Counted from the first letter of the stretch, positions 24,434-34,838 are shown. The stretch: DNA of 64,000 bases from an uncultured Acidobacteriota bacterium (GCA_963809485.1 CAWEJX010000006.1:352001-416000); one strand, 5' to 3'. Notes: generated by a model not told the origin, from the sequence alone. A program made the numbers and translations.

Positions 24434-24805
24434 TGTCTCTTCCTTTCAGGTTATCTGGCTAATGTAGCACCCGGAACAGAGTATCACGACTCTATCCGTA
24501 ATCCGGCCGAAGAATGCAGCGAGGTGTTCGGACAGGCGCTTCAACAGGCAATGCCAGGTGCAAAACGATTGTCAATCCAGCCAGCTGAAAGACTCAGCCC
24601 TGTGGATAAAGCTACGGGCATTATATACATCGACACCGTGAAGTGTGACGGAAAGGTGTGTAGCTCTGCGGTGAAGCCTGGTGTGGCTTTTGCGGCAGTA
24701 GCAGCTCTGAAAGCAGCGGGAAGGGAAACATCCTGTCCCGGAAGCCGGGCACAAACAGTTTTGGGCTTATGACCATGATAACAATCGTCCTTGTCTCCAT
24801 CGACC

Positions 24806-24834
24806 TTGACTGCGTCCGCTTACAGGGCTATTTT
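24806..24834 (+). promoter_or_regulatory. Sigma-70-type promoter for the TonB receptor
   Basis: TTGACT-17 bp-TATTTT. Confidence 0.4.
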
Positions 24835-24866
24835 GACGGGACGATTCGCTTCCGGAGATATTTTAC

Positions 24867-26690
24867 ATGCTCCGTTGTTATGCTGCGGTGCGGAATATAG
24901 GCTTGATTCATGTCCTTGCGGCAGTAGTGGCTTACGGGCTGGTTCCTGCCGCGACAGCGCAGCAGCCGGGGCCTCGCGATCAGGTCGTGGTCACTTCAAA
25001 CCTGGATCCCGTCCCATTCGAAAACCTCTCCCGCACTGTCACCGTCCTGACTCGCGAAGAGATCGGGCGAATGCCGGTTCGTTCCATCGCGGAGGTGCTG
25101 GATTATGCAAGCTCTGTCGATGTCAAATCGCGTGCGCCATTCGGATTACAGGCGGACCTGTCGGTGCGGGGCTCTTCCTACTCGCAAGTGCTCGTTCTGG
25201 TGGACGGAATCCGCATGAACAATTCCCAGACGGCTCATCACAATTCCGACTTTCCCGTCCAGCTGCAGGAGGTGGAAAGAATTGAAATCCTGAAGGGTGC
25301 CGGCTCGTCTCTCTATGGTGCCGATGCGTTCGGAGGCACCATCAATATCATAACGAGGCGTGACGTCGGAAAGGTGAACGCTTCGCTAATGGGTGGGCAG
25401 TTCGGCTTTTTCGAAGGAAGCTTCGGTGCGAGTTTCCGGAAGGCCGGCATCGATCAGTCCTTCAGCGCTTCGGCAGATCGTTCCACCGGTTTCATGTACG
25501 ATCGCGATTTCACCAGCTTGAGTTTCAGCTCACGAACGGGATTCGGAAAATCGTCGCTTTTCATCTCGCACCGGCGCGATGAATTTGGAGCGAATGGCTT
25601 CTATGGTCCGGCCCCCTCCCGGGAGTGGGAAAACCAGACGATGGTTTCGTTCGAACAGCAGATCGCTGTGCCTGCGCTCGACAGCAGTGTGTTTCGTGCG
25701 TACTATCGGACGCACGGAGACACATTTCTCTACGATGTCCGGACCCCTGACCGCAATAGAAACAATCACCGGACCCACGAGGCTGGAACAACGGTGAAAT
25801 CGAAATGGTCTTTGGCCGACAAGGCTGTGTTCTATTTTGGCGCCGAGGCAGGCGCCGACGTCATACGCTCCAGCAATCTCGGGGATCATGAATATGGACG
25901 GTTGAGTCTGTTTGGAGAGGTCGAGTGGAAGCCGAAGAAGCAATTAACGGTCTACTCCGGTATCCGCTGGGATCGTTACACCAATTTTGGCGCTGCAGCC
26001 AACCCGTCGCTGAGCGCCAGCTGGTGGGTCGCTGCGCGCATCCGGCTCCGATCCTCAATCGGGCACGCCTTCCGGATCCCGACATTCACAGAACTGTACT
26101 ACCATGACCCCAACAACGAGGCAGATCCGAACGTCGGGCCGGAGTCCTCGTGGTCGGGCGACGCGGGAGTCGATTTCCTCCCGGCAGGGAACTGGATGGG
26201 ATCTCTGACATTCTTTTTTCGCAACGCGGAAGATGTGATCGACTGGATCCGCGACACGCCCGATGAAAAATGGCGCACTGCCAACATCCGCAAGTTGCGC
26301 GTCCGGGGCATGGAGGCGGGACTCGAACACTCGTTTTCTTCAGGCGTTCGCCTCGCGGTTCACTACACAACGATGGAAAACACGGCCGGCAAAATCGACT
26401 ATTTCTCCAAATATGTATTGGATACTTCGCGGCACTCGTGGGCTGCGTCAGGTTCGGTGGAACTGCCGTTCTCAATGACCTGCGGGCAGAAACTGGCTTT
26501 TACGAAACGCGCCAATGGCATGGACTACTGGCTCTGGGATCTGCGTCTCGAACGTCGCTTCCACATGTTCACGGCTGTGATGGATGTTACCAACCTGCTT
26601 AGCAGTCGTTATCAGGAAGTCATCGGCGTAGATATGCCCGGTCGCTGGTTCATCGCCGGTCTGCGCTTTAACCTCCCCAGCCACCCATGA
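24867..26690 (+). CDS. TonB-dependent receptor (BtuB/CirA-like)
   Basis: TonB-box-like 'DQVVVT', plug 'VERIEILKGAGSSLYGADAFGGTINIITR', 'FRIPTFTELY'. Start approximate. Confidence 0.9.
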   Translation: MLRCYAAVRNIGLIHVLAAVVAYGLVPAATAQQPGPRDQVVVTSNLDPVPFENLSRTVTVLTREEIGRMPVRSIAEVLDYASSVDVKSRAPFGLQADLSVRGSSYSQVLVLVDGIRMNNSQTAHHNSDFPVQLQEVERIEILKGAGSSLYGADAFGGTINIITRRDVGKVNASLMGGQFGFFEGSFGASFRKAGIDQSFSASADRSTGFMYDRDFTSLSFSSRTGFGKSSLFISHRRDEFGANGFYGPAPSREWENQTMVSFEQQIAVPALDSSVFRAYYRTHGDTFLYDVRTPDRNRNNHRTHEAGTTVKSKWSLADKAVFYFGAEAGADVIRSSNLGDHEYGRLSLFGEVEWKPKKQLTVYSGIRWDRYTNFGAAANPSLSASWWVAARIRLRSSIGHAFRIPTFTELYYHDPNNEADPNVGPESSWSGDAGVDFLPAGNWMGSLTFFFRNAEDVIDWIRDTPDEKWRTANIRKLRVRGMEAGLEHSFSSGVRLAVHYTTMENTAGKIDYFSKYVLDTSRHSWAASGSVELPFSMTCGQKLAFTKRANGMDYWLWDLRLERRFHMFTAVMDVTNLLSSRYQEVIGVDMPGRWFIAGLRFNLPSHP

Positions 26691-26833
26691 GCATTGCCTA
26701 ATGAAAGCCGGCGAATTTCATTCTGAGTCCAATCGAGTCCCGCGTATTTGGGAATGGTAGAGACCAAGCCTTGCAGGGCATTCGCTTCAAGCTGAGCAAA
26801 AGGCAGCTGCAGCGCTGGAAGTACGACATAGCT

Positions 26834-26995
26834 GGGGCGAAGGCTGCAAAGCGTCCGATGTCGTTATGTCCCTTAAGGGAGCATTCAGCCGGCCCCGCTG
26901 ACGCCCGCGCAATAGAGCGATGGAGTTGCTCACGAAGCCGCGGACTGCCTGGATGCAGGATATCCCAGACCGCTTTGCAAACATGCCCCTTTTTT
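26834..26995 (+). ncRNA. Candidate rod-like structured RNA between convergent genes
   Basis: Nested long-range pairings ggggc/gcccc, tgcaaagcg/cgctttgca, gatgtc/gatatc, gcattcag/ctggatgc; followed by T6. Confidence 0.45.
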
Positions 26996-27097
26996 CTATT
27001 TTGGCAAAGCATAGGGATCTGCACGTCTGCGGACGGCTTGTGAAGTCGCATTCATTGGATTGCCTTCGCCCGGCCGCGACGCGAAATCTGTGGTTTT

Positions 27098-29863
27098 TCA
27101 GAAGGAATACTTCAGGGCGATCTCGATTTCACGGGCATTTTCTGCGTTGGAAATAACTCCAAATGTGGGGGTTCCCATGAAATTGCCCGGCTGCTGAAAA
27201 TTGGCATGATTGAAAGCATTAAAGAACTGCACCCTGAACTCGAGAAGATTGCCGTCGGCGGAAACTCGGATTCTCTTGAGAATGCTGATGTCCCATGTTC
27301 GTTCGCCGGGAGTCATCAGGATGTTGCGTCCTGAATTCCCGAACCATTGAGGATTCGTTCCCGAAAGATCGGGCATAACAAAATCAGAGGTTTCAAACCA
27401 CTTATCCACGGATCGCTGAGAGCCGGGAAGCGTGCCCGGTCCGATCCGATTCGGGCGGTCACCCCAGACGCCGTCATTGTTCGGATCTCCGAACACCTCC
27501 GGATTAAAGGGCCATCCGGCCATGATGGTCGTAATCCCCGAGATCCTCCAGCCTTCAAATAGCGGGGAGAGCTTGCCTGCCCAATCCGTCGAGATCAGCT
27601 TGCCCCGCCCCACCGGCAGATCCAGAATGTAATTCAGGTTGAACTGCACAGGCGGCTGAAATCCCCACAACGACCGTTCGGCCGCCATGTCCCTGGGATT
27701 GCCGGGATTGACGAAAGCCCATCCCCAACCGTCGCTGACGGCCTTGGTCCATATAAAACCGGTTTGAATCGAAAAAGCACCCGTCAGGCGGCGCTTCAAC
27801 TGAGCATTCAGCCCGTCGCTGCTGTAGGAAGCGCCGCTTGACAGGATTTCAAAACGGCCGTAATCCGGGTTCGGCCGCCGCGGTTGGATCGGAACTCCAT
27901 AGGCTGCCGGAAGAGGAACGTTGGCTGGAATCGTGCGGAACAGCCTCGTCGTTTTCCGTCCTTCGTAGATCAGTTCAAGGCTCCAGCTGCGAAGGAATTC
28001 GTACTGGAGAGACAGTTCCCGCTGCTGGATGTAAGTGTTGCGCAGATAGGGATCCACGGCTTGAATGGTCTGTGCCGCCGGCGCGACGGAGGTAAAGGGC
28101 CGGGAGAGATCCAGGTCGGGTTTTGTCGGGGACTCGGCTCTTTCGAGATAGAAAAATGGATAATTGCGCCCGATGCTGTTGAGCGCCTGAAAATAATTCA
28201 TGGGACTGTGCGTCAGCCTATAGGATGCCCGCAACACGAGGCGGTTGTTGCCGAACGGGCTAAATGCGATACCCAATGCCGGTTCCCAATCGTTCCTGTC
28301 GTCGTAGGCTGCATGCCCGGACTCAAGGCTTAGTCCGAGTTCGCGGGCTCTGGGGCTCCCGGTAATGACGATTTCTCCATCGAGGGGCGGTTCAAAGAGC
28401 AGCGGATAGAACAGCGACACATTGTCGTGGATCGAATGCAGGAAGGGGGCATAGCTGTAAGCGAGCGCCATGGAAAGCGTCAAATGACGGCTGATTTTCC
28501 ATTCGTCCCTTATCGAGAGCTGCCAGGATCTCTGACGCAGATCCGCTCGATCGGAACCATTTCCGCGAGTGGCCGTATAGGGAATCCCCAAAAGAAAATC
28601 CGCAAAGGCATCGCCGCTGAACTGTCCTGAAAAGCCGAACTGGCCACGTCGAGTCCCCCACGTCATGCTCCCGTTAAGCTGGCGAAAGCTCAGGTTCCCT
28701 CCGAATCCAAGAGTGTGATTTCCATGAACGTAGGTATAGTCGCCCTTGTAAGCATAGGTGTTTTGAACAAAGATTTCCGGAGACCCGCCTCCCGGAAATC
28801 CTGCAAATCCGAATCCGAAGTTGAGGCTCGCATAGCCCATAATCTCAAATTCGGGATAACCTTCGTCTATCGGACCCAGGATGTTCACTCCCTCGATTCC
28901 CAAAGAAGCGAGCAAACCCGTCTGATAGGCCTGTTGGGATAATTGAAGGCTGGACTCCCGGTTAAAATCGGCACGCAGGTTCAGCACTTTATTGGAGCTG
29001 AAGGAATGCGTCAGATCCAGCGAGATCGATTGCCTCCGTTGATCGGTTGTGCTTCCGAAGGATGGCACATAGGCGGTGAAAAACTGGCTTCCGTCCGCAA
29101 TGTTGTAGTTGCCGAAGAGCTTGGTCTCGGGGCTGAATTCATAATCCACACGCGTGGTAATGCTGTTGTTGTTGTTCACGATGGGCTGGTTGTTGACGTA
29201 ATTCCGGGCCGGATCATCCCGGTTTGGATCCGGGAACAGCGACAGCAGCTTGGTGGATACCGGGTGAATGCGCGATGTGGGTATTTGATTGTCGGGAAAG
29301 GGAATGCCTGTGAACGGATCCAGGATCTTCCGGCCGGCCGGCGCGCTGAAATCCCCCTGCTTCATTTGCGGCGTAGGCACCAGCGAAAGCATGGTGGAAC
29401 CCTTGATGATCCGCAAACCGTCGTAACTTCCGAACACCTGCAGCTTTTTCGTGATAAAGGCGCCCAAGCTGAATCCGAACTGGTTTCTCTTGAACTCGGG
29501 CAGAGGCTCGCCCACAGGATCGAAGAAATTGCGGGCATCGAAATTGTCGTTTCGGTGGTACTCATAGACCGAGCCGTACATCTTACCCCGCTTGCGCACT
29601 GAAAAGGGATTTACGATCAGCGCAAAGGCCTTATCGTTGGACGCTCCGGACGGGATCCATGATTCTTTCAGCTCTACGCCAAAGGAATCAATCTGCTGGA
29701 GATCCGTTTCCGGCGGCGCTTCGAATCCACCGAGTGATTCCTGGGCGGCCGTTGCGGCTGCAGACGGCGAGTCCGCCTTCTCCTGACCAACCCTGATGGG
29801 ATCCGCTCCATGAACCAGGGCAGGTAAGAGGAGGAGCAGTGCTATAGGCCACAGTTTGATCAT
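27098..29863 (-). CDS. Oar-type TonB-receptor beta-barrel lacking N-domain and most of the plug
   Basis: Signal peptide, then barrel motif 'YGSVYEYHRNDNFDARNFF' at about residue 95; ends 'REIEIALKYSF'. Confidence 0.85.
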   Translation of the reverse strand: MIKLWPIALLLLLPALVHGADPIRVGQEKADSPSAAATAAQESLGGFEAPPETDLQQIDSFGVELKESWIPSGASNDKAFALIVNPFSVRKRGKMYGSVYEYHRNDNFDARNFFDPVGEPLPEFKRNQFGFSLGAFITKKLQVFGSYDGLRIIKGSTMLSLVPTPQMKQGDFSAPAGRKILDPFTGIPFPDNQIPTSRIHPVSTKLLSLFPDPNRDDPARNYVNNQPIVNNNNSITTRVDYEFSPETKLFGNYNIADGSQFFTAYVPSFGSTTDQRRQSISLDLTHSFSSNKVLNLRADFNRESSLQLSQQAYQTGLLASLGIEGVNILGPIDEGYPEFEIMGYASLNFGFGFAGFPGGGSPEIFVQNTYAYKGDYTYVHGNHTLGFGGNLSFRQLNGSMTWGTRRGQFGFSGQFSGDAFADFLLGIPYTATRGNGSDRADLRQRSWQLSIRDEWKISRHLTLSMALAYSYAPFLHSIHDNVSLFYPLLFEPPLDGEIVITGSPRARELGLSLESGHAAYDDRNDWEPALGIAFSPFGNNRLVLRASYRLTHSPMNYFQALNSIGRNYPFFYLERAESPTKPDLDLSRPFTSVAPAAQTIQAVDPYLRNTYIQQRELSLQYEFLRSWSLELIYEGRKTTRLFRTIPANVPLPAAYGVPIQPRRPNPDYGRFEILSSGASYSSDGLNAQLKRRLTGAFSIQTGFIWTKAVSDGWGWAFVNPGNPRDMAAERSLWGFQPPVQFNLNYILDLPVGRGKLISTDWAGKLSPLFEGWRISGITTIMAGWPFNPEVFGDPNNDGVWGDRPNRIGPGTLPGSQRSVDKWFETSDFVMPDLSGTNPQWFGNSGRNILMTPGERTWDISILKRIRVSADGNLLEFRVQFFNAFNHANFQQPGNFMGTPTFGVISNAENAREIEIALKYSF

Positions 29864-29915
29864 ATCAATCTTTCAATTGCGAATGGGGCAATCGGATATC
29901 TCAGGATAGAACCGG

Positions 29916-30614
29916 CTAGAAAACGAGTTCGTTGCCGACGATCATTGGCTTGACGGAAAAAACGGACCTCAGGCGGGAACTAGGGCCCATCACTTCAAGC
30001 AGTTCAAGCGTGATGGAATCACATTCCTTGGTAAGGATTGGAACCCCATTCAGCTCCCTGCTGAAGACAAACTTCGCGCCAATACTCTCCTCTCGAGGGG
30101 GAAAATATGCGCTGAGTTCCAACTGCGGGCACTCCGTTGTGGAAAGGTAGGCCTTGTTTTTCAATGTTTGGGCTGTTTGGCTTTGAAAGAAACGCCGGAC
30201 CATGCTTTCCTCGTTGGGATCATTGGATCGGAACCCGACCGATACGACGATCCATCGTGACGTATCCATTTCAAGGTTGGGCTGCTGAGCCGTTTCAAAC
30301 CGCTTTTTCTCTTCCGGAGACATTTTGTCGTATCCGTTTTGAATCTGCTGAATTCGGGCGTAGGCTTCGCGTATGGGGCGGGCTGAGAGAAAACGCACGT
30401 AGAAGGTATTGTAGATTTCCTTTTCACCCGATATGCCGCTTCCGACTCCGCTGATAACGCGGGTAAAGGTCTCCTGCCTCGCCCAGGGCGAAACGTTCAG
30501 CATTTCTACCGCTTTATCCATGGACCAGGATCCAAAAAGGCTGGGGGCAGACCTTGCAGCGCCGGCTTCCGACATAAATGCAAGCAAAATGCAGAAAAAC
30601 ATCGATGCAATCAT
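29916..30614 (-). CDS. Hypothetical secreted protein
   Basis: Signal peptide; 'WSMDKAVEMLNVSPWAR'; co-oriented immediately upstream of the barrel gene. Confidence 0.75.
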   Translation of the reverse strand: MIASMFFCILLAFMSEAGAARSAPSLFGSWSMDKAVEMLNVSPWARQETFTRVISGVGSGISGEKEIYNTFYVRFLSARPIREAYARIQQIQNGYDKMSPEEKKRFETAQQPNLEMDTSRWIVVSVGFRSNDPNEESMVRRFFQSQTAQTLKNKAYLSTTECPQLELSAYFPPREESIGAKFVFSRELNGVPILTKECDSITLELLEVMGPSSRLRSVFSVKPMIVGNELVF

Positions 30615-31072
30615 ATTCCTGCTCTCGCTAGAATAGTTTCACCATAAAAAGATAGCAGTGTAGCATTTCGGGGCGCCCGATACAGCCCAAATTTACGCTG
30701 CTGTTGTGGTTCGGGGGGTGATTCTTCCTGTCCCTTGCTCCTTTCCCCAGTTTTGATCCTGCTCCGCAGGATGGAAATGCCAATAAATCAATGCCTTGAC
30801 AACCCCTTTAAAAGGCCCAAGAATCGAGAGAGAGAAGCTTGGCATAAGGGGTAAGGCTTCGAACATACGGCGCTGTCTGCTGACCCGGCGCCGAAGAACT
30901 GTCATGTCGAAGATTGTGCCGGCAAAAGTGCCCTATGACGCGATGGTCCGGTTCAGGCTGACAAGGAATTAGGGCAACGATCGACCCTGAGTTATGGGCG
31001 CGCATAACTGGAGATTGACGGCAAGGCCATCTCTGTCGGCAGAAAAAGAGCATGTGCGCGGAGATAAATGGC

Positions 31073-31384
31073 ATGGTTTGCTGCACATCCTGTGGAAAAG
31101 CTTCTGGCGATGTGGGTGAAGGCCGGAGCGTAGCGTCGATTTCCGGCAGTTTCATGGGCGACGAATACACAGAGTCCTATTTTTACTGCGTACAGTGCGG
31201 GGTGTATACAGTTGAGATTTATCACGACCGGTTCCTGGGGGAGAGTTCCGTCTTTCTCAAAGGGCCCGTTTTAAAATCAGAGGGCGATGCTAAGGTCAGA
31301 TTGATTGGGGAGTGCCTCGAGCCCTGGGACAAAAAATGCCGCTGCAAGGCTCATATGAAATATTTCGATGGATGCCTTGATTGA
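31073..31384 (+). CDS. Small Cys-rich metal-binding protein
   Basis: CxxC, CxxC and C-x7-CxCxxH motifs; upstream of flavodoxin. Start uncertain (31052 or 31073). Confidence 0.7.
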   Translation: MVCCTSCGKASGDVGEGRSVASISGSFMGDEYTESYFYCVQCGVYTVEIYHDRFLGESSVFLKGPVLKSEGDAKVRLIGECLEPWDKKCRCKAHMKYFDGCLD

Positions 31385-31457
31385 CCGGCTATCACCCGCG
31401 AAACGCGGATAAGTAATTCACCGGTAAAAAACCGGCAGGAGCAAAGGAGTGTGCGAC

Positions 31458-31898
31458 ATGGCAAAGGCGCTTGTTGTATATGCAACCAGGACAAAAAATA
31501 CTAAGGCGATCGCGGAATCCATCGCGGAAGGGCTCCAAGAGCAGGGAACCGAGGTCACGGTTGTCGATGCCAATACTGTGACGGGCGAGTACGACCTTGA
31601 AGGGTACGATGCCTATATGTTCGGCTCAGCAACTTATCACGGGGACATGATGCCCGTGATGAAAGAGATGCTCTTTATTGCCGAGAGAGCCAATCTGGCC
31701 GGGAAGGCAGGGGGCGCGTTCGGTGCTTACGGATGGAGCGGGGAAGCAGCGCAAAGAATATACGACACCATGAAAAATCTCTACCGCATGAATATGGTGA
31801 AAGGCGCTTTGAGGGTCCAGACGCCGGCACAGCCTGAACGCCTTCGCAAAAACTCCCAGGAGTACGGAAAAGAATTGGCCGGCAAACTAAAAGCCTAG
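31458..31898 (+). CDS. Flavodoxin-domain protein
   Basis: 'VVYATRTKNTKAIAESIAEG', 'FGSATYHG', 'AFGAYGWSGEA'. Confidence 0.9.
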   Translation: MAKALVVYATRTKNTKAIAESIAEGLQEQGTEVTVVDANTVTGEYDLEGYDAYMFGSATYHGDMMPVMKEMLFIAERANLAGKAGGAFGAYGWSGEAAQRIYDTMKNLYRMNMVKGALRVQTPAQPERLRKNSQEYGKELAGKLKA

Positions 31899-31980
31899 CG
31901 GTGCGCGACAACTGAATACAGTCACAATCCCCTAAGCTCTGCTTGGCGGCCGACAGAGGTTGAACGTTCCTGCATTTTTT

Positions 31981-32022
31981 TACGCTGACATACGCTGAAA
32001 GAACCCTGACGAACGCTGATCA
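31981..32022. repeat. ACGCTGA short tandem repeat between convergent genes
   Basis: tacgctgacatacgctgaaagaaccctgacgaacgctgat. Confidence 0.7.
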
Positions 32023-32171
32023 CCAGGGCGACGGTTGGCTTTTGCCGGCGTATATCGGCGATGAAAGCCGCTCTAAAAAGTTGGCCCGATGCACCTGAAG
32101 TCTACCTATCCACCGCTTCTTCCCGGGATTTTGTGGCGACCTGATTTTTCGGTCGTTGCCTGGTTTGAAGA

Positions 32172-33254
32172 TCACCGCTGAATGCGCGCGGATCCGCCCT
32201 GGGCAAAAGCCCGGACCTGCTCGACCGTCGCCATGGTCGTATCGCCGGGAAACGTTGTCAACAAAGCTCCGTGCGCCCAGCCGAGCCTGACTGAATCTCC
32301 GGGAGTCTCGCCCGTCAGCAGTCCATAGATGAAGCCGCTGGCAAAGCCGTCGCCGCCGCCTACGCGGTCGTAGATATCCAGCTCGCACGTGGGTGAGACG
32401 TGCGCACTGCCCTGCACCCAGGCGACCGCACCCCAGCTGTGGCGGCTTGTCGAGTGGACTTCGCGAAGCGTTGTGGCTACAGCCTTGATCTGCGGATGCT
32501 TCTTCACAACCTTCTCGATCATCCCGAGAAACGCGCCGGGATCGAGCTCGGATTTGGCCTCCACTTCCGGGCCCGCGATGCCCAGGCCTTTCTGAAGGTC
32601 CTCTTCGTTGCCGATCAGTATGTCCACGTTTTTGACGATACGCGCCACGACTTCGACAGCTTTCCGCTGTCCGCCCCAGATACTCCAGAGCTTTTCGCGG
32701 AAATTCAAATCGAAACTCGTCACGGCTCCCGCATCCCTGGCGGCTTTCATGCCCTCGGCGATGAGAGGTCCGGTCGTTTCCGAAAGCGAGGCGAAGATGC
32801 CTCCGCTATGAAACCAGCGGAGGCCTCCGGCGAAGATCGTTTTCCAGTCGAAATCCCCCGGCTTCAGGAGGGCTGCGGCCTCATTGGACCGGTTATAGAA
32901 GACCACCGGCGCGCGCACGCCGTATCCCCGGTCGCTGTAAACGGTTGCCATATTGGGGCCGTTGACCCCGTTATGATCAAAATATCTATAGAAGGGTTTT
33001 ACTCCCATTGCCCGGACCCGTTCCGCGATCAGGTCCCCGATGGGATACTTTGCCAGGGCTGTGATGATGGCCGTTTTCATTCGAAAACAATCGGCCAGAT
33101 TGGCCGCGACGTTGAACTCGCCGCCGCTGACGTGGATCTGGCATGTGGTCGCCTTGCGAAAGGGGATGATGCCGGGATCCAGGCGGTGCACAAGCGCGCC
33201 CAGCGAAACAAGATCGAATTCCCCATCCGGCCGGATATTCAGTTTGTTGCCCAT
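32172..33254 (-). CDS. PfkB-family sugar-acid kinase (KdgK-like)
   Basis: 'GGEFNVAANL', 'SFDLNFREKLW', 'GNEED', 'DRVGGGDGFASG'. Confidence 0.9.
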   Translation of the reverse strand: MGNKLNIRPDGEFDLVSLGALVHRLDPGIIPFRKATTCQIHVSGGEFNVAANLADCFRMKTAIITALAKYPIGDLIAERVRAMGVKPFYRYFDHNGVNGPNMATVYSDRGYGVRAPVVFYNRSNEAAALLKPGDFDWKTIFAGGLRWFHSGGIFASLSETTGPLIAEGMKAARDAGAVTSFDLNFREKLWSIWGGQRKAVEVVARIVKNVDILIGNEEDLQKGLGIAGPEVEAKSELDPGAFLGMIEKVVKKHPQIKAVATTLREVHSTSRHSWGAVAWVQGSAHVSPTCELDIYDRVGGGDGFASGFIYGLLTGETPGDSVRLGWAHGALLTTFPGDTTMATVEQVRAFAQGGSARIQR

Positions 33255-33356
33255 AGCCTACTCCTTATGTCTTTCCACTTTCCATCTTCCACCTTCCACA
33301 TCGCCGCCAACCCGCATCGCACCACCGACTATCGGGTGCCTATCCCATATTTCGAA

Positions 33357-34826
33357 TCAAACCGTATATGATGATGATGCCGTCTCCCCGCCGTGCCCGG
33401 TCCAGTTGGTGTGGAAGAACTGACCGCGGGGCCTGTCGATGCGCTCGTATTGATGTGCGCCAAAAAAATCGCGCTGCGCCTGCAGCAGGTTGGCCGGAAG
33501 GCGGGCATTTCTGAATCCGTCGAAGTAGCACAAGGCCGTCGACATGGCCGGGATCCAGACGCCTTGCAGGACGGCTTCGGAAACCACACGCCTCCACGCC
33601 TGTTGCGACCTCTGGATCCGTTCCCGGAAAAAAGGATCGAGCAGCAGGTTGGAAAGGCGCGGATTTTGATCGAATGCCTCTTTGATCTTCGCGAGAAACA
33701 CCGAACGGATAATGCATCCTCCGCGCCAGAGAAGGGCGATGCTGCCGTAGTTAAGATTCCATTTGTATTCCTTGGCCGCCTCCTGGAGCAGGACGAGGCC
33801 CTGGGTGTACGAAATGATCTTTGCGGCATACAGCGCCTGCTCGAGGTCTTTCAAAAAGGCCCGGCGGTCCCCTGTGAACATTTGGTTAGCAGACGAATAC
33901 GCCTGGGAAGCCGCGACCCGTTCCTCTTTCAGGGCAGAGAGGCACCGGGCAAATACGGCTTCGCTGATCAGGGTCAGAGGGATGCCCAGGTCAAGGGACA
34001 CGACGCTTGTCCATTTCCCCGTTCCCTTCTGTCCGGCAGTATCGAGAATTTTTTCCACCAGCGGCTGGCCGTCCGTATCCTTGAAGGCGAGAATGTCCCG
34101 GGTAATTTCTATCAGGTAGCTGTCCAGGTCCCCCGTGTTCCATTCTTTGAATGTCTCGTGCATCTCTCCGGCCGACATGCCGAGAAGCTCTTTCATGATC
34201 TGGTAGGCCTCGCAGATAAGCTGCATATCGCCGTACTCGATGCCGTTGTGTACCATTTTGACAAAGTGGCCGGCCCCGTTTTCGCCCACCCAGTCGCAAC
34301 AGGGAGTGCCGTCGGCAACCTTGGCGGCAATAGCCTGGAAAACAGGCTTGATGTGCGGCCAGGCGGCGGATGAGCCGCCCGGCATGATGGACGGGCCGCG
34401 CAGAGCTCCTTCTTCGCCGCCCGAAACGCCCGTACCGACAAACAGCATTCCTTTGGACTCGATGTGCTTTGTCCGCCGGATCGTATCGGGGAAGTGCGAG
34501 TTCCCGCCGTCAATGAGGATGTCGCCCTTGTCCAGGAGCGGGAGAAGCTGCTCGATCAGTTCATCCACGGGTTTGCCGGCCTTTACCATCATCATGATCT
34601 TGCGTGGACAGGCAAGCGATTTCACGAGATCCGCGGTCGTCTCCGATCCGATGAAGTTTTTTCCCTTTCCGCGCCCGTTGATGAACCGTTCGACCACGCC
34701 CTCTTCCACGCCGGGAACGGTGCGGTTGTAAACGGCGACGGTGAAGCCCCTGCTTTCCATGTTGAGCGCAAGGTTTTCACCCATGACGGCCAAACCCATC
34801 ATCCCGATATCCGCTTTATCTTTCAT
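33357..34826 (-). CDS. gnd: 6-phosphogluconate dehydrogenase, decarboxylating
   Basis: 'GLAVMGENLALN', 'GHFVKMVHNGIEYGDMQ', 'QKGTGKW', 'QAQRDFFGAH'. Confidence 0.97.
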   Translation of the reverse strand: MKDKADIGMMGLAVMGENLALNMESRGFTVAVYNRTVPGVEEGVVERFINGRGKGKNFIGSETTADLVKSLACPRKIMMMVKAGKPVDELIEQLLPLLDKGDILIDGGNSHFPDTIRRTKHIESKGMLFVGTGVSGGEEGALRGPSIMPGGSSAAWPHIKPVFQAIAAKVADGTPCCDWVGENGAGHFVKMVHNGIEYGDMQLICEAYQIMKELLGMSAGEMHETFKEWNTGDLDSYLIEITRDILAFKDTDGQPLVEKILDTAGQKGTGKWTSVVSLDLGIPLTLISEAVFARCLSALKEERVAASQAYSSANQMFTGDRRAFLKDLEQALYAAKIISYTQGLVLLQEAAKEYKWNLNYGSIALLWRGGCIIRSVFLAKIKEAFDQNPRLSNLLLDPFFRERIQRSQQAWRRVVSEAVLQGVWIPAMSTALCYFDGFRNARLPANLLQAQRDFFGAHQYERIDRPRGQFFHTNWTGHGGETASSSYTV

Positions 34827-34838
34827 GCTTGCCCTCCG

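Noticed and set aside
24565-24790. RNase P, tmRNA or omega/HEARO RNA assignment
   Set aside because: Only short partial motif resemblances; no GAGGAAAGTCC, no tRNA-like ends and no adjacent iscB.
24440-24866. Cobalamin riboswitch upstream of the BtuB-like receptor
   Set aside because: The conserved B12-box and GCCACTG/CCCGC core elements are not found in the expected order.
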